NCBI GenBank assembly: GCA_022821085.1 | Contig: JAJEEG010000003.1 | Location: forward strand, 17,563 to 81,562 | DNA length: 64,000 nucleotides | Source of the DNA: Candidatus Latescibacterota bacterium | GTDB lineage: Bacteria > JAAXHH01 | Direction: 5' to 3' | In this document: piece after piece, positions 41,588 through 51,446 of the stretch | Layout: each line of letters opens with the position of its first letter | How positions within the stretch are numbered: position 1 is the stretch's first letter | Made by a program: the position numbers and the translations under genes | The notes under the pieces: model-generated | Seen by the model: the letters and a program-made list of their open reading frames with translations, nothing else | What the model was told of the DNA's origin: nothing | Database searches by the model: none

Positions 41588-42336
41588 CGGTCCCTGCCCT
41601 CCCGGTTCACCGCATCGAGTGCGGCTTCCGTGTATCGGCCGGTCAGGCGGTCGCCATCGGCGCGCAGCGTCCGGATTTCTCGCGCGAGCCGGTCCAGGTC
41701 GGCGGGACGGTCCACGTCGTGCCAGGCCGGGAGTTCATGGCATGAAAAACCATTTGCCCGGATGGCCGCCCGGGTCTGCCGCAATACGCGGCCGGTGCCC
41801 CAGTGTATCGATTCGAACAGTCGGTCGTACCGGCCGTCGACGTTTCTCCTGCCGCCCGGACCGCCCGGTCCACTCAGTCCGATCAGGTAATAACCTCCAT
41901 CGTCGGCGGGTCCGAGCACGACGTCGTACCGGTCCAGCGCTTCGAAAGCCTCTTCGATGTAATCCTGGGGGAGGAGCGGGCTGTCACCACCCAGCGCGAC
42001 GGTCTTTTCCCATCCGTCCTGCCGAAAGGCCGTGAAGGCGTTCGACAACCGTTCCCCGAGATGGCTGCCTCTCTGACAGAGCCAGTTCACGTCGGGATCG
42101 TCCGGACAGCCCGGACAGCCCAGGGCGGAAACGAGTTCCGCCCGTCCGTCGTCGGGCGTCCAGGCCACGAAGAGGGAAGCGACCGCGGTCCGCTGTGCCA
42201 GGTGCAGCGTGTCCAGGATGAAGGCGCGGTATAGCTCCGCGGCCTCGTCCATCGTTACTCGTGGCGTCAACCGGGTTTTCACGGTCCCGGGTCTCGGGGC
42301 TTTCATAAACAGGACGAGGGCGTTCGACATGGGCAT
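41584..42336 (-). CDS. TIGR04282/DUF2064 family glycosyltransferase-like protein
   Basis: KAP.PG.VKTRL, Q.G..LG.R, G.DSP, LGPA.DGGYYLIG, I.WG, DVD; start 42336 or 42330. Confidence 0.88.
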   Translation of the reverse strand: MPMSNALVLFMKAPRPGTVKTRLTPRVTMDEAAELYRAFILDTLHLAQRTAVASLFVAWTPDDGRAELVSALGCPGCPDDPDVNWLCQRGSHLGERLSNAFTAFRQDGWEKTVALGGDSPLLPQDYIEEAFEALDRYDVVLGPADDGGYYLIGLSGPGGPGGRRNVDGRYDRLFESIHWGTGRVLRQTRAAIRANGFSCHELPAWHDVDRPADLDRLAREIRTLRADGDRLTGRYTEAALDAVNREGRDR

Positions 42337-42409
42337 GTGCCGATCGGGAGGCTGTGGGGAAGGCCTGGTCCGCCCGGAAGGCGGCAAGGCGTTTCCCCGG
42401 GTCCCATGC

Positions 42410-42438
42410 ATACTACCGGCCGGCCGACGGCGTGTCAA
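42410..42438 (-). promoter_or_regulatory. Putative sigma70 promoter for the glycosyltransferase-selA-like pair
   Basis: TTGACA-17nt-TAGTAT. Confidence 0.65.
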
Positions 42439-42452
42439 TTAAAACGCTTATT

Positions 42453-42465
42453 TATCAACTATTTA
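42453..42465 (+). promoter_or_regulatory. Putative IHF binding site between divergent promoters
   Basis: TATCAActatTTA matches WATCAANNNNTTR in an AT-rich tract. Confidence 0.45.
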
Positions 42466-42597
42466 ACTCGTCTTCAATCCGCTCGGAATCAACAATAAGC
42501 CTTGACATGAAGGCCGGCTGATCTTTATTTTCGGCGTTTCCTACCGGCACGCCGGATCACCCGATTCGGCGGACCCAGGCGGAATCAAAGGCTTGCC

Positions 42598-42672
42598 GTG
42601 CGGACCGAAGCCGGCAAAGAGACGCTAAGCGACGGTGTGCGGACCGAAGCCCGGCAGAGAGGCGTTGTGCGA
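42598..42672. repeat. ~35-bp direct repeat x2 in the nrnA leader
   Basis: gtgcggaccgaagcc(c)ggca(a/g)agag(a/g)cg...gcga. Confidence 0.8.
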
Positions 42673-42697
42673 TGCCGCCGGGACGGATCCATGGAAG

Positions 42698-43675
42698 ATG
42701 GTTATGTGGGATGAAGTCAAGGCAGTCATCGCATCGAACCAGTCCTTCGTGATCTCCAGCCACGTCAATCCCGACGGGGATTCGATCGGGTCGGCACTGG
42801 GGGTCTGCGAATGCCTGAAAGCGCTGGGGAAGGACGTTGTCGTCGCCATGAACGACGCCATACCCGCCGCCTATACCTGGCTGGACCCCGAAGAGGAAAT
42901 CCTCGCGCCCGCTCAGGAGAATGAGATGGAGCGCCTCGCCGCCGCGGACGTGGTCGTAATCGTGGACGCCAACAGCTGGGACAGGCTGGGGCGGCTGCGA
43001 AAGCCGCTGGAGGAATCGGCGGCGGTCAAGATCGTGATCGACCACCATCCCTACGCTGAACTGATCACGCCTTTGTCTGTGATCGACACGAAGGCGTCCT
43101 CGACGGCTGAACTGGTTTACGACCTGATCGACTCGATCGGCGCGCCGCTCACGTCGAGGGCGGCGGACGCGCTGTACACGGGCATCCTGACCGATACCGT
43201 GTCGTTCCGCTTCGCCAGGAGCGCGCCGTGCGCCCATATCGTCGCGGCCAAACTCCTTTCCAAGGGCGTCGACCCGTCCCGGGTCTACGACCAGATCTAC
43301 AACCGGAACACCGGCGCCCGTACCCGGCTCATGGGCCGCGCGCTCTCCAATATACAGTTTACCGGTAGTGGCCGCGTCGCCTGGCTGACCGTTACCCGAT
43401 CCATGATAGCAGAAACCGGCGCCCGGTCCTCGGACACGAGCGGGTTCGTGGACGTGACCATGACCATCGCCGGTGTCGAAATCGGGATCATATTCGTGGA
43501 AGGCAGGGAAGGTACGGTACAGATCAGCTTGCGGTCCCGGCCGGAAATCGACGTCAACCAGGTCGCCGTGGCCCTGGGCGGCGGCGGCCACAAGAACGCC
43601 GCAGGCGTGACATTAAACGGTACGCTGGAAGAAGCCGTCCGGACCGTGACGGAAGCGGCAGTCGAAGCGTTGTAA
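42698..43675 (+). CDS. nrnA: DHH/DHHA1 nanoRNase / pAp phosphatase
   Basis: H.NPDGD..GS, IDHH, GILTDT..F, SLRSR, GGGGH..AAG. Confidence 0.92.
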   Translation: MVMWDEVKAVIASNQSFVISSHVNPDGDSIGSALGVCECLKALGKDVVVAMNDAIPAAYTWLDPEEEILAPAQENEMERLAAADVVVIVDANSWDRLGRLRKPLEESAAVKIVIDHHPYAELITPLSVIDTKASSTAELVYDLIDSIGAPLTSRAADALYTGILTDTVSFRFARSAPCAHIVAAKLLSKGVDPSRVYDQIYNRNTGARTRLMGRALSNIQFTGSGRVAWLTVTRSMIAETGARSSDTSGFVDVTMTIAGVEIGIIFVEGREGTVQISLRSRPEIDVNQVAVALGGGGHKNAAGVTLNGTLEEAVRTVTEAAVEAL

Positions 43676-43700
43676 TTCGTCGGCCGTCGCACCCCACCGC

Positions 43701-44525
43701 ATGATGCTCATTACGCGAAAAACCCGGTTCTCGGCGGCCCACCTGTGCCGCAACCCGGGATGGACGGAGGAGAGGAACCGGCGGGTTTACGGTTCCTGCG
43801 CCGTCGGCACAGTCCACGGTCACGACTACGAGGCCGAATTCACCTTCGGTGGGCCGGTCGATCCCCGGACCGGCGTGGTCCTGAACCTGACCGAGGTCAA
43901 GCAGCACCTGCGCGCCGTGATCGAACCGCTGGACCTGAGCCACCTGAATTACGACCACGGCGCCCTGGGAGGTCCGGCGCCGACCAGCGAAAGGCTCGTC
44001 CGGTACCTCTGGAACGCGCTGGAAAGCGGTACCGGGCCATGCGTACTCAAACGCGTCCTGCTGCGCGAGAGCCGCGCGAGAAACATCGCATACACCGGAG
44101 ACGACAGCATGGTCCACGTCACGAGAAGCGTCGAGTTCAACGCCGCCCACCGCCTGCACAGTATAAGGTTGAGCGACGAAGAAAACGTGCGTATATTCGG
44201 AAAGTGCAACAACCCCCACGGCCACGGACACAACTATGAGCTGGAGGTGACGGTCCGCGGCCCGGTGGACGAGAAGACCGGGACGGTCATCGACATGGGG
44301 CGTTTCGATGACGTCCTGCAGAAGGAAGTCGTGGATCGCTACGACCATCGGCACCTGAACCGGGACCTGGAGGAATTCAGGACGGTCAATCCGACTTCGG
44401 AGGAACTGCTCAGGGTGATCTGGAAGCGGCTCCTTCCATTCTTCGATACCCCTTCGCTCTACCGGATTCGCCTGGTGGAGACGTCCAAGAACGCTTTCGA
44501 TTACTATGGCGAGGAGGACCGGTGA
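43701..44525 (+). CDS. Tandem two-domain 6-pyruvoyl-tetrahydropterin synthase (PTPS/QueD family)
   Basis: Two repeats: FSAAH...GSC...HGHDY...PTSE and FNAAH...[13 protein letters not shown]...PTSE. Confidence 0.88.
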   Translation: MMLITRKTRFSAAHLCRNPGWTEERNRRVYGSCAVGTVHGHDYEAEFTFGGPVDPRTGVVLNLTEVKQHLRAVIEPLDLSHLNYDHGALGGPAPTSERLVRYLWNALESGTGPCVLKRVLLRESRARNIAYTGDDSMVHVTRSVEFNAAHRLHSIRLSDEENVRIFGKCNNPHGHGHNYELEVTVRGPVDEKTGTVIDMGRFDDVLQKEVVDRYDHRHLNRDLEEFRTVNPTSEELLRVIWKRLLPFFDTPSLYRIRLVETSKNAFDYYGEEDR

Positions 44526-45082
44526 CCACGATGGACCCGATCGAGGGATTGACGAGGTCGCTGCTCGCGGAGATCGGCGAGGACCCGGACCGGGACGGTC
44601 TCAGGCGCACGCCCCTCCGCGTGGCGCAGTCCCTGCGGTTTCTGACCCAGGGTTATGAAAAAAGCATTGAATCCGTCATCAACGGCGCTATCTATGAAGA
44701 GGATTACGACGAGATGGTGCTGGTGAAGGACATCGAGTTCTTTTCGCTGTGCGAGCACCACCTGCTGCCCTTCTTCGGCCAGTGCCATATCGCATACATT
44801 CCCAACGGCAAAATCATCGGGCTGGGCAAGATCCCCCGCATCGTGGACGTCTTTTCACGGCGGCTCCAGTTGCAGGAACGCCTGACCTCCCAGATCGCCC
44901 AGACCCTGCAGGCCTGGCTCGATCCCCTGGGGGTGGCCGTTGTCATGGAAGCCGGCCACTTGTGCATGATGATGCGCGGCGTGGAGAAACAGCACTCCAA
45001 GGCGACGACGAGCGCCATGCTCGGCGTGTTCAGGGACGATCGCAGTACCCGGATGGAATTCCTCGACCTGACCCGGTCGTAG
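44522..45082 (+). CDS. folE: GTP cyclohydrolase I
   Basis: [36 protein letters not shown]. Confidence 0.96.
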   Translation: MTTMDPIEGLTRSLLAEIGEDPDRDGLRRTPLRVAQSLRFLTQGYEKSIESVINGAIYEEDYDEMVLVKDIEFFSLCEHHLLPFFGQCHIAYIPNGKIIGLGKIPRIVDVFSRRLQLQERLTSQIAQTLQAWLDPLGVAVVMEAGHLCMMMRGVEKQHSKATTSAMLGVFRDDRSTRMEFLDLTRS

Positions 45083-45105
45083 CGTTGGGCGCATGGAGGC
45101 GACCG

Positions 45106-46551
45106 ATGAACAAAGACCAGCTCGTTGAACGGCTCGCGGCCGTGCTTGGCCGGGAGAACGTCATCGACGCGCCGGACCAGTTGATCGTCTACGAATGCGA
45201 CGGGCTGACCATCGACCGGAACGTCCCGCACGCGGTCGTCTACCCCACCACGACGGAGGACGTCGCCGCCGTGGTCCGGATTCTTCATGAAGCGCGGATC
45301 CCCTTCGTGGCGCGCGGCGCGGGCACCGGCCTGAGCGGCGGGAGCCTGCCGCCCGACGGCGGGGTCATGATCGCGCTGACCAAAATGAACCGCATCGTGG
45401 AGGTCGACTTCCGCAACCAGCGGGCGCTGGTGGAAGCCGGCGTGGTCAACCTGCACCTGTCGAAGGAGACCGGAAAGCAGGGCTATCATTTCGTGCCGGA
45501 TCCCTCGAGCCAGTACGCCTGTACCATCGGAGGAAACATCGCCGAGAACTCGGGCGGTCCGCACACCCTGAAGTACGGGGTCACGACCAACCACACCCTG
45601 GGCGTGGAAGTGGTTCTGCCGGACGGGCGGATCACCTGGTTCGGCGGCAAGGCGGAAGACGCCGTGGGTTACGACCTGCGCGGTCTCCTGATCGGATCCG
45701 AGGGCATGCTGGGCATCGTCACGCGGGCGTGGGTCAAGCTGACCCGCCTGCCCCAGGCCTGGCGGACGTTTCTGGTGGTGTTCGACCAGGTGGAAGACGC
45801 ATCGCGCGCCGTCGCCGGCGTCGTCGCCCGCGGGATCGTCCCGTCGGCCCTCGAGATGATCGACAGGGTCGCCATCGGCGCCATCGAGGCGGCCTACCAT
45901 TTCGGATTCCCCCTGGACGCCGAAGCCGTGCTGATCATCGAACTCGAGGGGCACGAGGCGGGCCTGGACACCCAGGCCGGAGCGGTGGCCGAGGTCTGCC
46001 GGGAGAATCGGGCCCGCGATATCCGCACCGCGGAGGACGACAAGGAACGGGCCCTGCTTTGGATGAGCCGCAAGCGGGCCTTCGGCGCCATGGGGCGGCT
46101 GAGTCCCAGCTACTACGTGCAGGACGGCGTGGTTCCGCGCACGAAGATCCCGGACATCATGCGGGTCATCCAGGAGACGGCCGGGAAGTACGAACTGCTG
46201 ATCGGAAACGTCTTCCACGCGGGAGACGGCAACATCCATCCCTGTATCGCGTACGACGACCGGGACGAGGAGCAGGCGCGGAAGACCGTGGAGGCCAGTA
46301 ACGAGATCCTGCGGGCCTGCGTCGACCTGGGCGGGTCCATCACCGGGGAACACGGTATCGGGTACGAAAAGGTCGACCTGATGCCCCTGATCTTCAATGA
46401 AACGGATATCGAGGCCATGGAGACGGTCAAGACGGTGTTCGACGAGGAAAACCTCAGCAATCCCGGCAAGATGTTTCCCACGAACCGCTCCTGCATCGGA
46501 TGCGGCACGGCGGAGCTGAAGTACACCAACCGGCAGGCGGCGCTGCTGTAG
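45106..46551 (+). CDS. glcD: FAD-linked 2-hydroxy-acid oxidase, GlcD-like
   Basis: RGAGTGLSGG, PDPSS, GGPH.LKYG, HAGDGN.H, GEHGIG. Confidence 0.9.
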   Translation: MNKDQLVERLAAVLGRENVIDAPDQLIVYECDGLTIDRNVPHAVVYPTTTEDVAAVVRILHEARIPFVARGAGTGLSGGSLPPDGGVMIALTKMNRIVEVDFRNQRALVEAGVVNLHLSKETGKQGYHFVPDPSSQYACTIGGNIAENSGGPHTLKYGVTTNHTLGVEVVLPDGRITWFGGKAEDAVGYDLRGLLIGSEGMLGIVTRAWVKLTRLPQAWRTFLVVFDQVEDASRAVAGVVARGIVPSALEMIDRVAIGAIEAAYHFGFPLDAEAVLIIELEGHEAGLDTQAGAVAEVCRENRARDIRTAEDDKERALLWMSRKRAFGAMGRLSPSYYVQDGVVPRTKIPDIMRVIQETAGKYELLIGNVFHAGDGNIHPCIAYDDRDEEQARKTVEASNEILRACVDLGGSITGEHGIGYEKVDLMPLIFNETDIEAMETVKTVFDEENLSNPGKMFPTNRSCIGCGTAELKYTNRQAALL

Positions 46552-46575
46552 ACGCGAAGGCAGACAGGTTCACCC

Positions 46576-47928
46576 ATGCCCGATGAGGTGCTGCACAGCA
46601 GGCTCGGATCCCTCGTGGACGGCTATGGCCCGGCGACCCCGGAAGCGCTGGCCTCCCATGCCGTGGAAGGCGTCGTGCCCTCGGCCGTCGTAGCCCCGGG
46701 GAGCGTGGAATCGCTCGCGGCCACCGTGCAGATGGCCTCCGAACTGGGTTACGCCGTCATTCCGCGGGGCGGCGGCACCAGGATGGACTTCGGCCTTCCG
46801 CCATCCCGCGCGGATATCGTGGTGTCCCTGGAACGCCTGAACCGGATCGTCGCGCACGAGCCCGCGGACCAGACGGCCACGGTGGAAGCCGGCATCACCA
46901 TGGCCGGACTGCAGGCCGGGCTGGGGAAACGAGGCCAGTATCTGCCGCTGGACCCGCCCCACGGCGACGCGGGGACCCTGGGCGGCGTGCTCGCCACTAA
47001 CGCCTCGGGCGTGCTCCGGACTTCTTTCGGCACGGCCCGGGACCTGGTCATCGGCGCCCGGGTGGTCCAGGCGGACGGCACCGTCGTCCGGTCCGGGGGG
47101 CAGGTCGTCAAGAACGTGGCGGGTTACGACCTGAACAAGATGTACATCGGTTCCCTCGGCACGCTCGGCATCCTGGCGGAAGTGAACCTGAAGCTGCAGC
47201 CCCTGCCGGCCGCGGGAAGGCTGCTCATCGGGACCATGGCGGGGATCGGGGAGGCGGCCGAATGCGCCTTCCGGATCATGGATTCGGAGGTCATGCCCTC
47301 CTTCCTGGAAGTGGCCAGTCCCGCAACCCGCGCTCTCCTCACCGGGGAGGCCGATCACGACTTCGCGGTCGTCGCGGGCATGATCGGTACGGATGAGACG
47401 GTGGACTGGCAGGCCGGGGAATGCGAGCGGCTGTTCCGGGATTCGGGAACGGACGCCGTCATCCACGTGGACGGAGACGGATACGACCGGGTGCTGGAAG
47501 CGCTGCGGGCTTATCCGGGAGGCGGCCTCCTGCCGCCGGGCATGGGCCCTGGCGTGACCTGCCGGGCCGGCGTCACGCCAGACGGAGTGGAAGCGCTCTT
47601 CCGCCTGGCGAACGAAGGCTGCCGGCGCCTGTCCATCGGCTGCGGCCTGCTCTCTCATTTCGCGAGCGGTCACGTGGCCTTCGTCTTCTACCGGGACGGG
47701 ACGTTCCGGGATTCGGATTACGATGGACTGGCGAGCCTGATCGAGGACCTGCGGAGCGCTTCGGAAGAACAGGGCGCCTTCGTGGTGGAACACGCCCCCG
47801 CGGCCCTGAAGGAACGGGTCGGCGTATGGGGTTCGACCCGCGGGAACCGGCACATCATGGAAATGCTCAAAAACCGGTTCGACCCGAAGGGCACGTTGAA
47901 TCCCGGCCGGTTCGTCGACGGCATCTGA
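46576..47928 (+). CDS. glcE: FAD-binding subunit, GlcE-like
   Basis: GGGT, LDPP, GG.VVKNVAGYDL.K, FDP...LNPGR. Confidence 0.88.
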   Translation: MPDEVLHSRLGSLVDGYGPATPEALASHAVEGVVPSAVVAPGSVESLAATVQMASELGYAVIPRGGGTRMDFGLPPSRADIVVSLERLNRIVAHEPADQTATVEAGITMAGLQAGLGKRGQYLPLDPPHGDAGTLGGVLATNASGVLRTSFGTARDLVIGARVVQADGTVVRSGGQVVKNVAGYDLNKMYIGSLGTLGILAEVNLKLQPLPAAGRLLIGTMAGIGEAAECAFRIMDSEVMPSFLEVASPATRALLTGEADHDFAVVAGMIGTDETVDWQAGECERLFRDSGTDAVIHVDGDGYDRVLEALRAYPGGGLLPPGMGPGVTCRAGVTPDGVEALFRLANEGCRRLSIGCGLLSHFASGHVAFVFYRDGTFRDSDYDGLASLIEDLRSASEEQGAFVVEHAPAALKERVGVWGSTRGNRHIMEMLKNRFDPKGTLNPGRFVDGI

Positions 47929-47997
47929 CGAGACACGCCGTCGCGGGAAACGCGGCCCCGGGATACGCGACCCCGGGAAACGCGGCCCCGGGACACG
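47929..47997. repeat. 15-bp tandem repeat ~4.5 copies after the glcE stop
   Basis: cgggaaacgcggccc / cgggatacgcgaccc variants. Confidence 0.82.
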
Positions 47998-48029
47998 ACA
48001 CCTGTCGGCTGACATAACGGAGGACCCAC

Positions 48030-49289
48030 ATGAAACTGCCCGCATTCAGGGAGATACGTCAGCGGTTCGAAGCGCCTTTCGTCGAGGACATCGCCGGAAC
48101 GGCCGAAGGGGAGGTCTCCCGCATGATCGAGGAGACGGGACTGCGCGCCGGGTCCACGGTGGCCGTCGCCACCGGCAGCCGGGGAATCGGGAACATCGCG
48201 ACCATCGTGAAGAGCGTCGTCGCCGCGCTGGCAAAGGCCGGCCTGAAACCCTTTGTCGTACCGGCCATGGGCAGCCACGGCGGGGCGACATCGGAAGGCC
48301 AGCGCCGGGTACTGGAGAACTACGGGATCCACGAGGCGGCGACCGGGTGTCCCATCCGCTCGGACATCGAGCCGGCGAGTCTCGGCGAGACCGCGGACGG
48401 GCTTCCGGTCTACCTGGACCGAAACGCCCTCGGCGCGGACCACATCGTGGTGGTCAACCGCGTGAAGCCCCACACGGACTTCAAGGGCTCGGTCGGCAGC
48501 GGCCTCATGAAGATGCTGGCCATTGGCCTGGGCAAGCAGAAAGGCGCCAGCTACTATCACGGCGCGGTCTTCGAATACGGGTTCGAACACATGATCTCGA
48601 CCGTGTCGCGGCACGTGCTCGAGCACGCGCCCGTGGCCTTCGGGCTGGCCATCATCGAGAACGCCTACGACCAGACCGCGCACCTCATCGGCGTCCCGGC
48701 AGGTGTCCTGCAGGAGGAAGAACGGCGGCTGTTCCAGGAGGCGCAGCGCCTCATGCCCCGCCTTCCGTCCGACGACATCGACATCCTGATCGTCGACGAG
48801 ATGGGCAAGAACATCAGCGGGACGGGGATGGACACGAACATCATCGGCCGGCGCATGCAGAACTTCGAGACCGAGCCCGCGATCCCGCGGATCCTGCGGA
48901 TCGTCGTCCGCGACCTCACGCCCGAGAGCGAGGGCAACGCGGTGGGCATCGGGCTGGCCGATTTCACCACCCGCCGCCTGGTGGACAAGATCAATCACCA
49001 ATACACCTACGTCAATTCCATCACGGGCATGAGTCCGCAGAAATCCCGCATCCCCGTGTTCCTCGACACGGACCGCGATGTCATCGAGGCCGCCTTCTCA
49101 ACCATCGGCATGAAACCGCCCGGCGAGGGACGCGCCGTCCGCATCCGGAACACGCTCTCCCTCGGGCGCGTCGCGGTTTCCGAGGCCCTGTCCGACGAAC
49201 TGGCCGGCCGGGAGGACATCGAAATCACGGACCGCCGCGGTCCGCTGGAGTTCGACGATCAGGGTACCCTGGCGGCCCTGCCCGGCTGA
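48030..49289 (+). CDS. Lactate-racemase (LarA)-like / DUF2088-DUF362 domain protein
   Basis: GSRGI, PAMGSHGGAT, NRVKPHT, KMLAIGLGKQ, GKNISGTGMD. Confidence 0.75.
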   Translation: MKLPAFREIRQRFEAPFVEDIAGTAEGEVSRMIEETGLRAGSTVAVATGSRGIGNIATIVKSVVAALAKAGLKPFVVPAMGSHGGATSEGQRRVLENYGIHEAATGCPIRSDIEPASLGETADGLPVYLDRNALGADHIVVVNRVKPHTDFKGSVGSGLMKMLAIGLGKQKGASYYHGAVFEYGFEHMISTVSRHVLEHAPVAFGLAIIENAYDQTAHLIGVPAGVLQEEERRLFQEAQRLMPRLPSDDIDILIVDEMGKNISGTGMDTNIIGRRMQNFETEPAIPRILRIVVRDLTPESEGNAVGIGLADFTTRRLVDKINHQYTYVNSITGMSPQKSRIPVFLDTDRDVIEAAFSTIGMKPPGEGRAVRIRNTLSLGRVAVSEALSDELAGREDIEITDRRGPLEFDDQGTLAALPG

Positions 49290-49369
49290 CGCGGCCCTTG
49301 CGGGTTGACACCGGTAACCATGGCCAAGCGGCCCTGCCCGGCCGACGCGGCGCCCCCTGCCCGCCTGTT

Positions 49370-49411
49370 TTTTGTTGACAAATTTACAATTTTATGTATT
49401 TTACTAAACTT
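49370..49411 (+). promoter_or_regulatory. AT-rich promoter region of the sigma factor gene
   Basis: TTGACA-16nt-TATTTT and overlapping TTTACA-16nt-TAAACT. Confidence 0.5.
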
Positions 49412-49541
49412 GCCGGTTTTACGGCAGCGTGTGCCGGACCGCCTGGGCCGCCCGGAACGTACGAACGGGCGGGGGAATCCGGTTAAGTGGGGACGGAAAC
49501 GGCCCCGATGTCAAACAGATAAACAGGAGTTGTCACAGCAC

Positions 49542-50402
49542 GTGAGTACTATAACGAAAACCCATTCGGCGGCGACGGAAGACCGGTCTCTCGACCTCTA
49601 CCTGCAGGAGATCGGCAACGTGCCGCTTCTGATGGCCGAAGAGGAAACCGAACTGGCCCGGTCGGTCAGGGCCGGCGACCAGAAGGCGCTGGAGAAGCTT
49701 ACGTCGTCCAATCTCCGGTTCGTGGTCAGCGTGGCCAAGCAGTACCAGAACCAGGGCCTTTCCCTGTCCGACCTGATCAACGAAGGCAATATCGGGCTGA
49801 TCAAGGCGGCCAAGCGGTTCGACGAGACCAAGGGCTTCAAGTTCATTTCCTACGCAGTCTGGTGGATCCGGCAGTCCATTCTACAGGCGCTCGCCGAGCA
49901 GTCCCGCATCGTGCGGCTTCCCCTGAGCCGGGTCGGCACGCTTCACAGGATCGGTCGGCTGTCCAGTGAGTTCGAGCAGGAGTTCGGACGCGAGCCCAGC
50001 ACCGAGGAGATTGCCGAGGAGCTGGACATGAATCCCGTCGACGTGAAGGACACGATGCGCATCGCGAGCCGTCACGTTTCGCTGGACGCGCCGCTCAAGG
50101 CGGGTGAAGACAACCGGTTGCTGGACCTCATCGAGGACGACGACCAGGATTCGCCGGACGAGGCGCTCATGGTGGATGCGCTCAAAGATGAGATCTTCAG
50201 GGCGCTCGGGTCCCTGACCAAGCGGGAAGCGGCCGTGATCGCGTTGTATTACGGCATAAACATGGAAAGATCCTATACCCTCGAGGAGATCGGGACGCGG
50301 TTCAGTCTCACGAGGGAGCGCGTGCGCCAGATCAAGGAAAAAGCGCTGCGCAGGCTTCGCCACGTCTCCAGGAGCCAGAAGCTCCGGGCCTATCTGAACT
50401 GA
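49542..50402 (+). CDS. Sigma-70 family factor (RpoD/RpoS-like, lacking region 1.1)
   Basis: [46 protein letters not shown]; GTG start after AGGAG. Confidence 0.94.
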   Translation: MSTITKTHSAATEDRSLDLYLQEIGNVPLLMAEEETELARSVRAGDQKALEKLTSSNLRFVVSVAKQYQNQGLSLSDLINEGNIGLIKAAKRFDETKGFKFISYAVWWIRQSILQALAEQSRIVRLPLSRVGTLHRIGRLSSEFEQEFGREPSTEEIAEELDMNPVDVKDTMRIASRHVSLDAPLKAGEDNRLLDLIEDDDQDSPDEALMVDALKDEIFRALGSLTKREAAVIALYYGINMERSYTLEEIGTRFSLTRERVRQIKEKALRRLRHVSRSQKLRAYLN

Positions 50403-50501
50403 TCGATCCCCATCTCCGGCGCGGCGGGATCCACCCCGGACACCCCGCCGCATATCCGCCCGCGGCAGCGACATACCCGCCGCCGGGACGCGGAGAACGG
50501 C

Positions 50502-51446
50502 ATGTTGCGACGCAAGTTCGTCTCATTCGTACATCTGCCGGCCAACGCCCGGGACGAAGCCCGGGAGTACGGCTTCTTTCCGGTCCTGGCCGGCCTCGCC
50601 GTCCTGATGCTGCTGATGCTGGCCGGATGGCATATCGGTGCGTCCTACCTGACGACCCTGCTGCACGACGGCGCCCTGACGGAACGGGAGCGGGAGAACA
50701 ACCGGTTGCGGGAGCAGTTGAGCGCCCTGCATGCGTTGGACGGTACGATCGAATCGCGGATTGAGAATCTGTCGGAACGGGCGGCGGATATCGACAAGAT
50801 CGTCCGCGGTCCCGACGCGCCCGGTCCGCTCGGTCCGCTTGGTTCGCTTGGTCCGCATGGACCGGCTGCCGGCGCCGACGATTCCCCGCCGGCCCAGGCA
50901 TCCATCGAGTGGACCGAATCGCCCGCCGCGGCCATCGGCAGGATCGGCGGCCGAATCGACCAGTTACTGGACGAAACCCGCGGAGAGCTGGCCAGCCTGC
51001 GGTCCGTCGAAGCGGCATCCAGGAACGACGAAGCCTACTGGCGCGGCATCCCCATCATCTCACCCGTGCAAGGTCCGGTTTCGAGACCTTTCGGTACGTC
51101 GAGGAACCTGCTGAGCGACGAGGTGCGGGTACACGGCGGGTTGGACATCGCCGCGAACAAGGACGAGCCGGTGCGGGCCACTGCATACGGCGTGGTGTCG
51201 CGGACCGGCGTGAACGCGAGCCTCGGCAGGTACGTGGACATCAACCATCAGAACGGGTACGTCACGCGTTACGGCCACCTCTCCCAGGTACTCGTCCAAA
51301 GGCGGCAACGGGTGGAACGTGGTGAGATCATCGGACTGGTCGGAATGACCGGAAAGACCAGCGGCTACCACATACATTACGAGGTCCACCACGAAGGCCG
51401 CATCCTCGATCCGTCGACCTGGTTCTTCCCGGAAAGGGGCCTGTGA
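50502..51446 (+). CDS. M23 family metallopeptidase (TM + coiled coil)
   Basis: HGGLD, YGHL, HIHYE. Confidence 0.9.
   Translation: MLRRKFVSFVHLPANARDEAREYGFFPVLAGLAVLMLLMLAGWHIGASYLTTLLHDGALTERERENNRLREQLSALHALDGTIESRIENLSERAADIDKIVRGPDAPGPLGPLGSLGPHGPAAGADDSPPAQASIEWTESPAAAIGRIGGRIDQLLDETRGELASLRSVEAASRNDEAYWRGIPIISPVQGPVSRPFGTSRNLLSDEVRVHGGLDIAANKDEPVRATAYGVVSRTGVNASLGRYVDINHQNGYVTRYGHLSQVLVQRRQRVERGEIIGLVGMTGKTSGYHIHYEVHHEGRILDPSTWFFPERGL

Noticed and set aside
37985-42336. Selenoprotein (in-frame UGA) or true selD/selC near the SelA-like gene
   Set aside because: The ORFs are complete without recoding, the AIRS-fold protein lacks the SelD motif, and no tRNA-Sec was seen.
44749-45105. N-terminal extensions in the ORF track (glcD, tyrA, aroF, aroH, sigma factor, pyrC, xerC)
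   Set aside because: They overlap upstream genes or promoters, and downstream starts match the family N-termini, often with an SD. The SOD extension was kept because it has Tat and lipobox motifs.
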